Assembly (NCBI GenBank): GCA_964016885.1
Contig: OZ024743.1
Span: 48,670,001-48,734,000, forward strand
Direction of reading: 5' to 3'
Origin: Eledone cirrhosa
Lineage: Eukaryota
DNA: 64,000 nucleotides
A program made the translations under genes and the position numbers. The notes below the pieces were generated by a model, which was not told the origin of the DNA, searched no databases, and saw nothing but the letters and a program-made list of their open reading frames with translations. This document shows positions 12,262 through 24,525 of the stretch, piece by piece; positions within the stretch are counted from its first letter, which is position 1; each line of letters starts with the position of its first letter.

Positions 12262-15200
12262 AATGCCAAAGATAATGACAAATTCACCTCATGCTGCCGG
12301 ACGAAAGGGCAAGGCCCCCCCCCCTCTTTGTTTCGGCTGCGGATGGCCAACATAACCCCAAACTCATCCCCCTCACCCCTCCCTGTGCCCCATCCTCCAA
12401 ACACAATCCAAAACTTCAGAGTTGGTACCATGAACGTAGGCACCTTAAAAGGCCGCTCTAACGAGGTTGTAGAAATGCTTGAACGTAAGGAGGTCGATGT
12501 TTGCTGTATCCAAGAGACCAGGTAGAGGGGCGGGTCTGCTAGATTCATTGTGGGTAAAAAACGTTGCTATAAGCTTTTCTGGGTGGGAAATGACAATGGG
12601 ATAGGTGGGGTAGGAATCATGTTAGCAGAAAAATGGGTGGATAAGATAATAGATGTAAATAGAGTGAATGACAGAATAATTAAAATAAGACTTGTTCTAA
12701 ACAGAACTACTGTGACAGTAATATCTGCATACGCGCCCCAATCCGGACTGCCTGGCGCTATAAAAGACAGATTCTATGAGACACTGATGCTCACTACCTC
12801 CCAAATAACCGACAGTGACTATATAATTATTGCTGGCGACCTAAATGGCCACGTTGGACAACATTGTGACGGCTATGACGGAATCCACGGAGGCTATGGG
12901 TTTGGTACTAGAAACGAGGAAGGCTCCAGAATCCTGGAATTCTGTGATGCAAATAACCTAACTGTCTGTAACACTAACTTAAAAAAACGAGACAATCACT
13001 TGATCACCTACAGATCAGGGGAACATACCAGCCAGGTAGATTATATCCTTACCAGAAGACGTGACAGAGTGTCTGTTGTAAACACTAAATCCCTCCCCCA
13101 TGAAGAATGCACCTCCCAACATAGACTGACAATTAGCGACCTCATAGTCAGGACGAGATGTACTAGACAGCAGAAGAGGACTATCCTCAGGAGAAAAATA
13201 TGGAAGCTAAAGGATCCCACAGCCAGAAATAAATTTCAAAGCATATTACTTGATGCTTTCGACAGTAATGAAGAGCAATTAGAGTCGTACAATGTAGAGG
13301 AACAGTGGGAATTCCTGAAAGCAAACCTGCTGATGGCGGCAGATGAAGTCTGTGGCTGGAGCAGGCTTGTAGGCAGGAGGAGAGTAACATGGTGGTGGAA
13401 CAGTAAGGTGGAGGGGTCAATCAAGGCCAAAAAGCAGGCTTGGAAAGCATGGCGGGATGGGGGAAGTAGAGAAGACTATCAAGTGGCCAGGAGGGAAGCT
13501 AGGAGACAAGTGTACTTCGCAAGAAGGGAAGCAGAGGAAAGAAAGTTCAAGCATGTTCTACAACGCGAGGACCAAAAACGTGAGGTGTTCAGGATTGCTA
13601 GGCAATGTGTCAAGGAAAACCGTGATATTGTTGGGGAGAAGTGTGTACTTAACGATGATGGCGTACTTGCCATCACTGATGCTGATAAGAAGGTAGCTTG
13701 GAAGTGTCACTACAAAAGGCTACTAAATGAGGAGAATAAATGAGAGAAAGACAGTCTACCCCACATCGATCCAATAGAGGGACCAGCAGTGTTAGTCGAA
13801 AGTAGTATAATAAGTAAGGCAATCAAAGATATGAAGACGGGTAAGGCAGCTGGGCCTTCGGAAATAGTTGCTGAGATGCTGAAAGCCTTTGGAACGGTGG
13901 GACACACCATGGTCACCCGGATAGTAAACCAAGTCATACAGAATGGGGTTGTTCCGAAGGACTGGCGTAGCAGCATCATCGTTAACTGTTACAAGGGTAA
14001 AGGAGACGCCCTAGATAGGAGTAACTATAGAGGCATTAAATTAATCGACCAGGTCATGAAGGTCACGGAAAAAGTAATAGCGCAATTGATCTAGATGAAA
14101 TGCAGTTCGGGTTTGTCTCAGGCAAAAGTACCACAGACGCTCTTTTCATTGTACGACAACTACAAGAGAAGTACCTAGCTAAAAGTAAACCCCTATACTT
14201 AGCTTTTGTCGACCTGGAGAAAGCCTTCGACAGAGTCCCCCGTTCCATTATCTGGTGGGCTCTTAGAAAACTAGGTGTTGACGAATGGCTTGTGAGAGCT
14301 ATACAAGCCATGTATAAAGAAACAGTCAGCAAGGTTAGAATTAACAACGAATATAGCGAAGAGTTTAGCGTAAAAGTTGGTGTCCATCAGGGCTCTGTTC
14401 TTAGCCCCCTACTATTTATTATTGCCCTTCAGGCTATAACAGAAGAGTTAAAGACCGGCTGCCCATGGGAACTCCTATACGCAGATGATCTAACGCTCAT
14501 AGCTGAATCAATGGCCGAGCTAGAGAAGAAATTCCAAACATGGAAGCACGGCCTAGAATCAAAAGGCCTTAAAATTAACCTGGCTAAGACTAAAGTTCTA
14601 GTTTGTAGGAAAGAAAATAAGGCGCCGGTCCCTTCCGGGAAATGGCCATGCTCAGTGTGTAGGAAAGGCGTATGTAGAAACTCCATTTTATGTCCCAAAT
14701 GCAAAGTATGGGTGCATAAAAGATGTAGTGGGATCACAGGTAAGCTAACTAAGAACATAGATTTTACATGTGGCCGGTGCTCTGGTGAAATAAGTAGCAG
14801 CAAGTGCCCACAAAATACTAGCTCTTTCAATTGCGCAGAGGGTTCTATGGAAATAGTGGACAGCTTCCGTTACCTGGGTGACAAAATCAGCAGTGGGGGA
14901 GGGTGCTCTGAAAGTCCAGTAGCTAGAGTCAGAACTGGATGGAAAAAGTTCAGAGAGCTTATACCACTATTAGCCGCTAAAGGGTTCTCCCTAAAAATGA
15001 AAGGCAGGCTGTATGATGCCTGCATACGAACAGCAATGTTGCATGGCAGTGAGACCTGGGCATTGTGTGCAGAGGATATACGCAGACTAGAGAGGAACGA
15101 AGCTTGCATGCTCCGCTGGATGTGTAATAGTAATATACATGAACGGCAAAGCATAAACGAACTAAGGAAAAAATTAGAAATAAGAGGGATCAGATGTTGT

Positions 15201-15827
15201 TTACTCGAGAGAAGGCTACATTGGTATGGTCACGTGATGCGCATGAAAGACGACAGCTGTATAACAAAGTGCAGGGCAATAAAGATAGACGGGAGCCACG
15301 GAGTAGGCAGACCCAGAAAAACCTGGGACGAGCTGATAAATTCTGACCTCACACACTTACACCTCTCCAAGACAATGTCACTGGACCGAGACCTTTGGCG
15401 GTACTCAGTAATAGAGAAGACCCGCCTTACCTAAATACAAAGTAAAACCTACTACAGTCAGTAGGCATCTCTAACAAAATACACCATCTCCCACCACCCC
15501 CACCCCATCCACACCGCCCCTTTCAATGTAAAGTTATGTTGGTGCCACAACATCCAGGCCGAAACAAATGAGATCGTGTAGGTGTCACGACAAAAAAACA
15601 CACAGTCCACGCTGTAATGTGGCCGTGTAGGCAACACGGTAAAAACCTCCCAGCCCCACACTGTAAATGTGGTTGGTGTTAGGAAGGGCATCCAGCTGTA
15701 GAAAACCCGCCAGACAGTCCTATGTGAGCAATGACAACCACTCTTGCCTCAAGTGGGAAAACTCCCGTCCAAACCCATGCAAGCGTGGAATATGGACGTT
15801 AAACGATGATGATGATGATGATGGTGA

Positions 15828-15830
<3 letters not shown>
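12262..15830 (+). mobile_element. Near full-length but disrupted RTE-clade LINE (APE endonuclease, RT, PHD-like finger)
   Basis: APE motifs TMNVGTL, CIQET, SAYAPQ, GDLNGH, SQVDYI, SQH; RT motifs QFGF, DLEKAFD, GVHQGSVLSP, YADD. In-frame stops at 12523 and 13741 and a frameshift near 14090. (GAT)n tail then (TA)n. 5' boundary approximate. Confidence 0.95.
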
Positions 15831-15882
<52 letters not shown>

Positions 15883-18344
15883 TGGATGAATACCTCAACA
15901 GGCACTAAGTACTTTTATAATTTTTCTCCTTATGTAGAGAACAAAATGTTGAATAATGCTGCTAATTTTAGTGGCAGTATCAACAGGTTTATAATAAACA
16001 GCTATTATCTGTGACCTGATTTTGCGTGTGTTTCGTTTTAAAGACTTGACCGCATGCGTTGGGCAGGAAGCGAAATATTTACTTGCTGTAAGGCTGGCAA
16101 CCTTATAGTATAGAAATAAGCTGTCTGAAGATCCATTTCTTTCCATTGGAAATTCTCTGGATTTCCAATTTTTGGAATGGTAAAACCGTCGGTAACAGCA
16201 ATAGAACAGGTGATTATTTAAATCGTTTTTTAATTTATTTAAAGAATTGTTTGATAACCGCTTGCTCCGCTCTTTTTATATATATATATATACGAGGATC
16301 AGCTGAAAAGTTCATAGACTGACCAAGATACTCTCATGGAATGACAAAATAAGGTATTTTTTTCAACAGAGTCTCGGAAAGAAACATTTATAAATAAGAA
16401 GAGTTGGAATAATTACACACAAGATTTCACAGCTCCAGCTTCCCTCCTTCCTAGCCAGTCTCTCAACTTTTCAACCTAACATTTTTCTCTTTCTTTTTTT
16501 TATGCCTTTGTCATCTCTATTATGAATTTCAACTTCTTATGGTTTGTCTTCACTACCTCATTCCAAGTCTTCCTGGGTTTGCCTCATGCTTGGGTCCCAG
16601 CCACTGAGATTTCTCTGCATTTCTTTATACAGTTGTCATCTTCCATACACATCACATCCATACAATGCAGTTATCTCTCTTACACAGTATATTCAGTTCC
16701 TCTGATGCCAAGTTATTTTCTCAGTTCACTTATGCTATATCATTCATGCACTATGGGGTAAAGTGGTAAAGGTTGACTTCAAAAGGTGGGACCTGACAGA
16801 CTGGTGATCAGCCTTATTACTCAAGTATGGAGATGATGACTGTAAAGGCAGAAAGATGTAACAACACTTAGCCTGATCCTTCCATTACCCCCTTCTCACT
16901 ATCTATTCCCCCAGATAGTCTTTACTCTCACATACTTGACCTGCTCCTCCCCCACTACACCCATCTAGTCTTCCCCCATTCACATCCCTGACACCTCCCC
17001 TCTTGACTTACCCAAAGGTGGATACACCTTCACTGTACTGCCAGACACTCATTGCTCCCCCTCTCCCCCTCTCTCTCTATGACCACTCTACTACTTAACA
17101 CTTATTTTCCAGTCTACTCCTGTCTCCACAACTCACACTGCCAAATTTATCCCTGAATTCATAAGCCCACAATACTGCTAGATATCACTTCCCTTAAGGC
17201 CACCCCTCCCTCCCTCCATAAACTAGCAACAGACAACCTACTCCCTGCTCTCATCCCCTCAGCACACCTTATCACTGTTCTCAAGTGCTCTAGTGTTGAA
17301 AATGCACTCAGCCTATACTGGAAAGTGAAAGGTCTTATGTCACATAGTGGTACTGCTGTTGCCATGATAAAATAACCCAACTCACATTGTCAAATAGTAG
17401 TGTTGGCTTCACAATAAAATACATCCAGTCAATACTGTAAAGTGATAGCGCTGGTGCCAATAAAACGCACCCAGCCAAGACTGTAAAACCCCCTGTCAGG
17501 TGGTAGAGGTGGTGTCATGAGAAAATGAACACGTTTCATGCTATAAAGGGGTTGACATTAGGAGGGATAACCAGCCATAGAAACCATGCCAAAATGGAAA
17601 GTATGGGCAAAACAGAATTGTCTGGTCTCTCTGTCTAGCCACATCATCATCGTCATCATCATTTCATTTTACGTCCACTTTTCCCTGCTTGCAAGGGTGG
17701 GACGGGAACTGATTCTGGCTTGATTTCTACAGCTGGATGACCTTCCTAACACCAACCTCATTTACAGTGAGTGCTGGGTGCTTTTTTGCCGTGGCACCTC
17801 CACGACCACTTTGCAGTGGAATGATAGGGACCCCAGTCCCTATCATCTCATTTCTACAGCTGAGTAAACTGGAGCAATGTGGAATAAAGTGTCTTGCTCA
17901 AGGAAACAACACATCACGCGGTTTGAGAATTGAACTCACAACCTTTTGATTACAAGGCCAATGCTCTAACCACTAAGCCATGTGCCTCCTCAGTATGTGA
18001 CAAACCCTATAACCTCTGCAAATAAAAAAAATAAATAAATGTAAAATGGTGTTGTTGATGATGATGATGATGACGATTATGATGATGACGATAGTGATGA
18101 CGATGATGATGATGATGATGATGGCGATTATGATGATAACATACGTATAATCTTTATGTAATCCTATAAGCTGTGCAGTACTTTATGCACCCACCCTGAC
18201 TTAGCAGCTGTTGGTGCTTATATGTCAATTAAGATATTAAAGGGAAAATAAATATATAGAAAATAAAAGTGTTCTATTATAGCAAAGGATAAAAAAAAGA
18301 GTGACCTATACTCTGTGTGTGTGAGAGAGAGGGAGGGAAAATTT

Positions 18345-18377
<33 letters not shown>

Positions 18378-18430
18378 GTGAGTATGTATTTGTGTATAAA
18401 TACAAACACATGCACACACATATATGAATG

Positions 18431-18468
<38 letters not shown>

Positions 18469-18528
18469 CATATATATATATACATACATATATATATATA
18501 TATGTATATGTGTGTATGTATATATATA

Positions 18529-18577
<49 letters not shown>

Positions 18578-19289
18578 CACACACATATACATGCACAGAC
18601 ATTTAAAAGAGTGAGAGAGGGCGGGGGGAGATATACATTGGTAGACAGACAGATAGATAGAGATAGAGATAAAGAAAAAGATGGCAAGAAATTGAGAGAG
18701 AGAGAGAAAATGGGGAGAGTATTTTATTCATCTAAGACTGAACTGAAGATGTATCATCTTTCTGTAAATGGCCACTAGTGTATCTTAGCAACATTTTGGC
18801 CTGTTTTCATATCAGCAGACCAATCTGTACATGTACATCAGCCCATCATGGTAGTCAGTCTACAGTGGTTACCAATAAAAGAATGTCTATTATCCAAACA
18901 TCTGTTCCTGGTTTTTCTTCCAGAAAAAAAACAAAAAAACATCAAAATCTTGCTTCATCTCTTTTTTAAATACATTCAGTTGTGTTGCTAAGACGTTTGC
19001 TTGACAAGTACACGGTTCCGGTGTCATTCTTAGAGTGTCTCGCCTTGGAAAAATATGTTTTTTTACCATAGCCTTGATTTAGCCAATGCTTTGTCAGTGA
19101 AACTATGCACAAGTGTGGGTATGTGTGTGTGTGCACATATGCATGCACACGTGTGTGTATATAGGCAGATAGTTGAGATATTACTAGTTAAGACTAGTAA
19201 GACCATCAGTAGAGTGTAGCTATTATTATATATAGCAGGGAAAACAGACGTTAGATAATAATGATGATGATAAATTATCATCATTCCCT

Positions 19290-22200
19290 ACCTTCTTATC
19301 CTTAATCACCTTATCGACCATATTGCTGTCAGCTTTGCTGGCTGACCCCTCAGTTGGTCTATTTGGGGTAGACACTCACTTTCCCGTGTATTCTCAATCA
19401 ACAATCTCATGTAGTAACATTTCCAAGCTTCCTTATTTTCAGTGTCAGTAAGAATAAGTGAACCATTGTCATATGATTCTCTTTTGTACACTGTCTTGTA
19501 ATTTGCAATACTTCATGCCTCTGATTCTCATACCACAGAACATTGGCAAACTTCTTACTTTCTGCCTCCTCTCTAGCTAAATAAACCTAATTCTAAACCT
19601 TTCTTCTTGTTACTTGTCATTGTTCCCTGCTGTCCACCTTCTTCTAGACTTTTCAGGCCTGTCTTTATGGCTCTACCTACCGTACTGTTCAATCACCATG
19701 TCACCTTTCGTATGTCTGGTACCTTTCCCCATCTACCTTGTCATGTAGGAGTCCCAGTTTGGTACCTTCCCCCATCTACCTTGTCATGTAGGAGTTCCCA
19801 GTTTGGTACCTTTCCCCATCTACCTTGTCATGTAGGAGTTCCCAGTTTGGTACCTTTCCCCATCTACCTTGTCATGTAGGAGTCCCAGTTTGGTTCCTTT
19901 CCCTATCTACCTTGTCATGTAGGAGTTCCCAGTTTGGTACCTTTCCCCATCTACCTTGTCATGTAGGAGTCCCAGTTTGGTACCTTTCCCCATCTACCTT
20001 GTCATGTAGGAGTCCCAGTTTGGTACCTTTCCCCATCTACCTTGTCATGTAGGAGTCCCAGTTTAGTACCTTTCCCCATCTACCTTGTCATGTAGGAGTT
20101 CCCAGTTTGGTACCTTTCCCCATCTACCTTGTCATGTAGGAGTCCCAGTTTGGTACCTTTCCACATCTACCTTGTCATTTAGGAGTTCCCAGTTTGGTAC
20201 CTTTCCCCATCTACCTTGTCATGTAGGAGTCCCAGTTTGGTACCTTTCCCCATCTACCTTGTCATGTAGGAGTCCCAGTTTGGTACCTTTCCCTATCTAC
20301 CTTGTCATGTAGGAGTCCCAGTTTGGTACCTTTCCCTATCTACCTTGTCATGTAGGAGTCCCAGTTTGGTACCTTTCCCTATCTACCTTGTCATGTAGGA
20401 GTCCCAGTTTGGTACCTTTCCCCATCTACCTTGTCATGTAGGAGTCCCAGTTTGGTACCTTTCCCCATCTACCTTGTCATGTAGGAGTCCCAGTTTGGTA
20501 CCTTTCCCCATCTACCTTGTCATGTAGGAGTCCCAGTTTGGTACCTTTCCCTATTTACCTTGTCATGTAGGAGTCCCAGTTTGGTACCTTTCCCCATCTA
20601 CCTTGTCATGTAGGAGTCCCAGTTTGGTACCTTTCCCTATCTACCTTGTCATGTAGGAGTCCCAGTTTGGTACCTTTCCCTATCTACCTTGTCATGTAGG
20701 AGTCCCAGTTTGGTACCTTTCCCTATCTACCTTGTCATGTAGGAGTCCCAGTTTGGTACCTTTCCCTATTTACCTTGTCATGTAGGAGTCCCAGTTTGGT
20801 ACCTTTCCCCATCTACCTTGTCATGTAGGAGTCCCAGTTTGGTACCTTTCCCTATTTACCTTGTCATGTAGGAGTCCCAGTTTGATACCTTTCCCCATCT
20901 ACCTTGTCATGTAGGAGTCCCAGTTTGGTACCTTTCCCTATCTACCTTGTCATGTAGGAGTCCCAGTTTGGTACCTTTCCCCATCTACCTTGTCATGTAG
21001 GAGTTCCCAGTTTGGTACCTTTCCCTATCTACCTTGTCATGTAGGAGTCCCAGTTTGGTACCTTTCCCTATCTACCTTGTCATGTAGGAGTCCCAGTTTG
21101 GTACCTTTCCCTATCTACCTTGTCATGTAGGAGTCCCAGTTTGATACCTTTCCCCATCTACCTTGTCATGTAGGAGTCCCAGTTTGGTACCTTTCCCTAT
21201 CTACCTTGTCATGTAGGAGTCCCAGTTTGGTACCTTTCCCTATCTACCTTGTCATGTAGGAGTCCCAGTTTGGTACCTTTCCCTATCTACCTTGTCATGT
21301 AGGAGTCCCAGTTTGGTACCTTTCCCTATCTACCTTGTCATGTAGGAGTCCCAGTTTGGTACCTTTCCCTATCTACCTTGTCATGTAGGAGTCCCAGTTT
21401 GGTACCTTTCCCTATCTACCTTGTCATGTAGGAGTCCCAGTTTGATACCTTTCCCCATCTACCTTGTCATGTAGGAGTCCCAGTTTGGTACCTTTCCCTA
21501 TCTACCTTGTCATGTAGGAGTCCCAGTTTGGTACCTTTCCCCATCTACCTTGTCATGTAGGAGTCCCAGTTTGGTACCTTTCCCCATCTACCTTGTCATG
21601 TAGGAGTCCCAGTTTGGTACCTTTCCCTATCTACCTTGTCATGTAGGAGTCCCAGTTTGGTACCTTTCCCTATCTACCTTGTCATGTAGGAGTCCCAGTT
21701 TGGTACCTTTCCCTATCTACCTTGTCATGTAGGAGTCCCAGTTTGGTACCTTTCCCCATCTACCTTGTCATGTAGGAGTCCCAGTTTGGTACCTTTCCCT
21801 ATCTACCTTGTCATGTAGGAGTCCCAGTTTGGTACCTTTCCCCATCTACCTTGTCATGTAGGAGTCCCAGTTTGGTACCTTTCCCTATTTACCTTGTCAT
21901 GTAGGAGTCCCAGTTTGGTACCTTTCCCCATCTACCTTGTCATGTAGGAGTCCCAGTTTGGTACCTTTCCCCATCTACCTTGTCATGTAGGAGTCCCAGT
22001 TTGGTACCTTTCCCTATCTACCTTGTCATGTAGGAGTCCCAGTTTGGTACCTTTCCCTATCTACCTTGTCATGTAGGAGTCCCAGTTTGGTACCTTTCCC
22101 CATCTACCTTGTCATGTAGGAGTCCCAGTTTGGTACCTTTCCCCATCTACCTTGTCATGTAGGAGTCCCAGTTTGGTACCTTTCCCCATCTACCTTGTCA

Positions 22201-22790
22201 TGTAGGAGTCCCAGTTTGGTACCTTTCCCTATCTACCTTGTCATGTAGGAGTCCCAGTTTGGTACCTTTCCCCATTTACCTTGTCATGTAGGAGTCCCAG
22301 TTTGGTACCTTTCCCCATCTACCTTGTCATGTAGGAGTCCCAGTTTGGTACCTTTCCCCATCTACCTTGTCATGTAGGAGTCCCAGTTTGGTACCTTTCC
22401 CCATCTACCTTGTCATGTAGGAGTCCCAGTTTGGTACCTTTCCCCATCTACCTTGTCATGTAGGAGTCCCAGTTTGGTACCTTTCCCCATCTACCTTGTC
22501 ATGTAGGAGTCCCAGTTTGGTACCTTTCCCCATCTACCTTGTCATGTACGAGTCCCAGTTTGGTACCTTTCCCCATCTACCTTGTCATGTAGGAGTTCCC
22601 AGTTTGGTACCTTTCCCCATCTACCTTGTCATGTAGGGGTTCCCAGTTGTCCTCTATGTTATACATCTCCCATTCCTCATCCTCCTTGCCAAGTACTTCT
22701 TTTGGTAGTTTGAAAGCTCTTTAAGTTTCTAAAATCTTTCTCCCCACATTGTTAGGTTTCTTTGTGCATGTAGCTCATACTAATTATGAA
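19290..22790 (-). mobile_element. Old degenerate RTE fragment hosting the 43-bp array
   Basis: Left of the array: DNGSLILTDTENKEAWKCYY and RKVTW*LNSTV. Right of the array: EDEEWEMYNIEDNWE. These are colinear with EEQLESYNVEEQWE...RRVTWWWNSKV...DDGVLAITDADKKVAWKCHY of ORF 12550..13743. Confidence 0.75.
19717..22648. repeat. Minisatellite, 43-bp unit, about 68 copies
   Basis: Unit gtcccagtttggtacctttccc(c/t)atctaccttgtcatgtagga, with occasional 44-bp units. Confidence 0.97.
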
Positions 22791-22895
22791 CCTATGTTAG
22801 GTAGTGCATTCTTCGTGAGAATAAAGTCAACACACACACACACATGTATGCATACACACACATATATATCATCATCACTCTTTAAGGTTTATATA

Positions 22896-22934
<39 letters not shown>

Positions 22935-23523
22935 TAATTAATAGGAGGAAAGGTTCTCAATACCTGAAGTATATATACATATATATATATATATATACAT
23001 ATATATCATCATCATCATCAATATATTCTTTTTACATCCATTTTTCCATGTTATTAAACAAAAAGAGTAAATGAAAACAATGGCAACAAAAAAATAATCA
23101 TAGCAACAGTAAGAGGAACAGAGAAAGAAAGAGAGAGGGACATGAGAAAACTAACAGAAAATATGGACAAGGAAACAAGGAATTTTCCATTATCAACTAT
23201 CAATCATTTCAATCATTGAACATTATTGCAGTTTTGCACGATTTTGGATAGTACTGAATAATCATGATGGTTGCAACAGTTATAAAGATGTAACACTGCT
23301 TGGGAAATAAACAATTCACACATGTAACGAGAACAGAAGAGAAAACCAAATAACAAGACATACCTGGGTGAAAGACTAAGTCAGTGGAAGGCATGAACAA
23401 GAATGTGAATAATAAAGGGAAATACATAAATATAGAGTAAATAATTATATTTATATCAATTGCTAGATTGCAGATGATCACAAGAAATGAGTAGGTAATA
23501 AAAGGGCTGTAAAAAATATGACC

Positions 23524-24050
23524 ACCTGGAAACTGTTCAGAGACGTGCAACCAAGCGAATACCCTCCATCAGGCATCTACCATACTCTGAACGCCTTGCT
23601 TCCCTGGGCATGGATACATTGCAGCTCCGACGTCTGGCAATTGACTTGGTAAACACCCACAAAATTATTAACCATCTTGCCAACAACAACCCTGAGTACC
23701 TTTTTGATTTCCATGTGTCTAACACACGTGGGCATGCCCACAAAGTCAGAAAGTAGCACAGTTCCCATGACTTTTGGAAACATTTTTTCTCACTTTGATG
23801 AAGCATGGAACAAACTACCTGCATCAGTTGTTAGCTGTCGAGACACTGCATCCTTTAAAACCTCCATGTTTCCTGATATTCGCCAACACTACACCTAATA
23901 TTCCCTCTCCATACACACGCACGCATGTATATCATGGCTCATACACTATTCACTTCCCTGACATTTGTATATTATTCTATGTACTATACATGCACCTTTG
24001 ATGAGTTGTAGTGCACCTGAGCACTTTACACAATAATTTCATTATTATAA
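23524..24050 (+). mobile_element. 5'-truncated CR1-like LINE 3' end
   Basis: Matches 36110-36610 (LETVQRRATKRIPSIRHL...NTRGH..K...EAWNKLP plus the 3' UTR). Confidence 0.88.
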
Positions 24051-24525
24051 ATAAATAAAACAAGTCTGCTGCTAGATTTTCGAGTGATTACCATTCCTAA
24101 CTATGTTTCTATTTTAATAAAACCCTAAACCATCATAAAGAATTTACAGAATGAACATCAAGATAAAACATAATACATTAGGAAACTGAAATTGATCTAG
24201 CAGTTTGTAAAATAGACTTATTGTTAGAATATCTAATCTATATGATAGTAGTTAATAGTTAGCAAAGGTGTGGTGGGTTTATATGTTATTTGCAATTTGC
24301 ATAGCAGACATCTAGTTAAAGTGGATTGCCAGTAGTATGAGTTGAAGTGCTTTAGTTAGCAGCCATATCAAGTGGTTACTTGAAGAGAATTCTGCCCTGA
24401 GACCACTGCATGAGATTCCAGAAATAGATATCTTGGTGCTAATCAGACAAACTTCGGACCAGAACAAGAACAAAGAATTCTCCACTATGCCAAAGATTAT
24501 TTGTTATTCTTTTTATTCTTTTATT

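Noticed and set aside
18277-18778. YI/CV/HT-rich ORFs (also at 33369, 36572, 39179, 40881, 55123)
   Set aside because: Products of (TA)n, (CA)n and (TATG)n microsatellites.
19717-22648. CRISPR-like array
   Set aside because: Contiguous near-identical units with no unique spacers, no cas genes and a eukaryotic context. The same applies to the 51- and 83-bp arrays.
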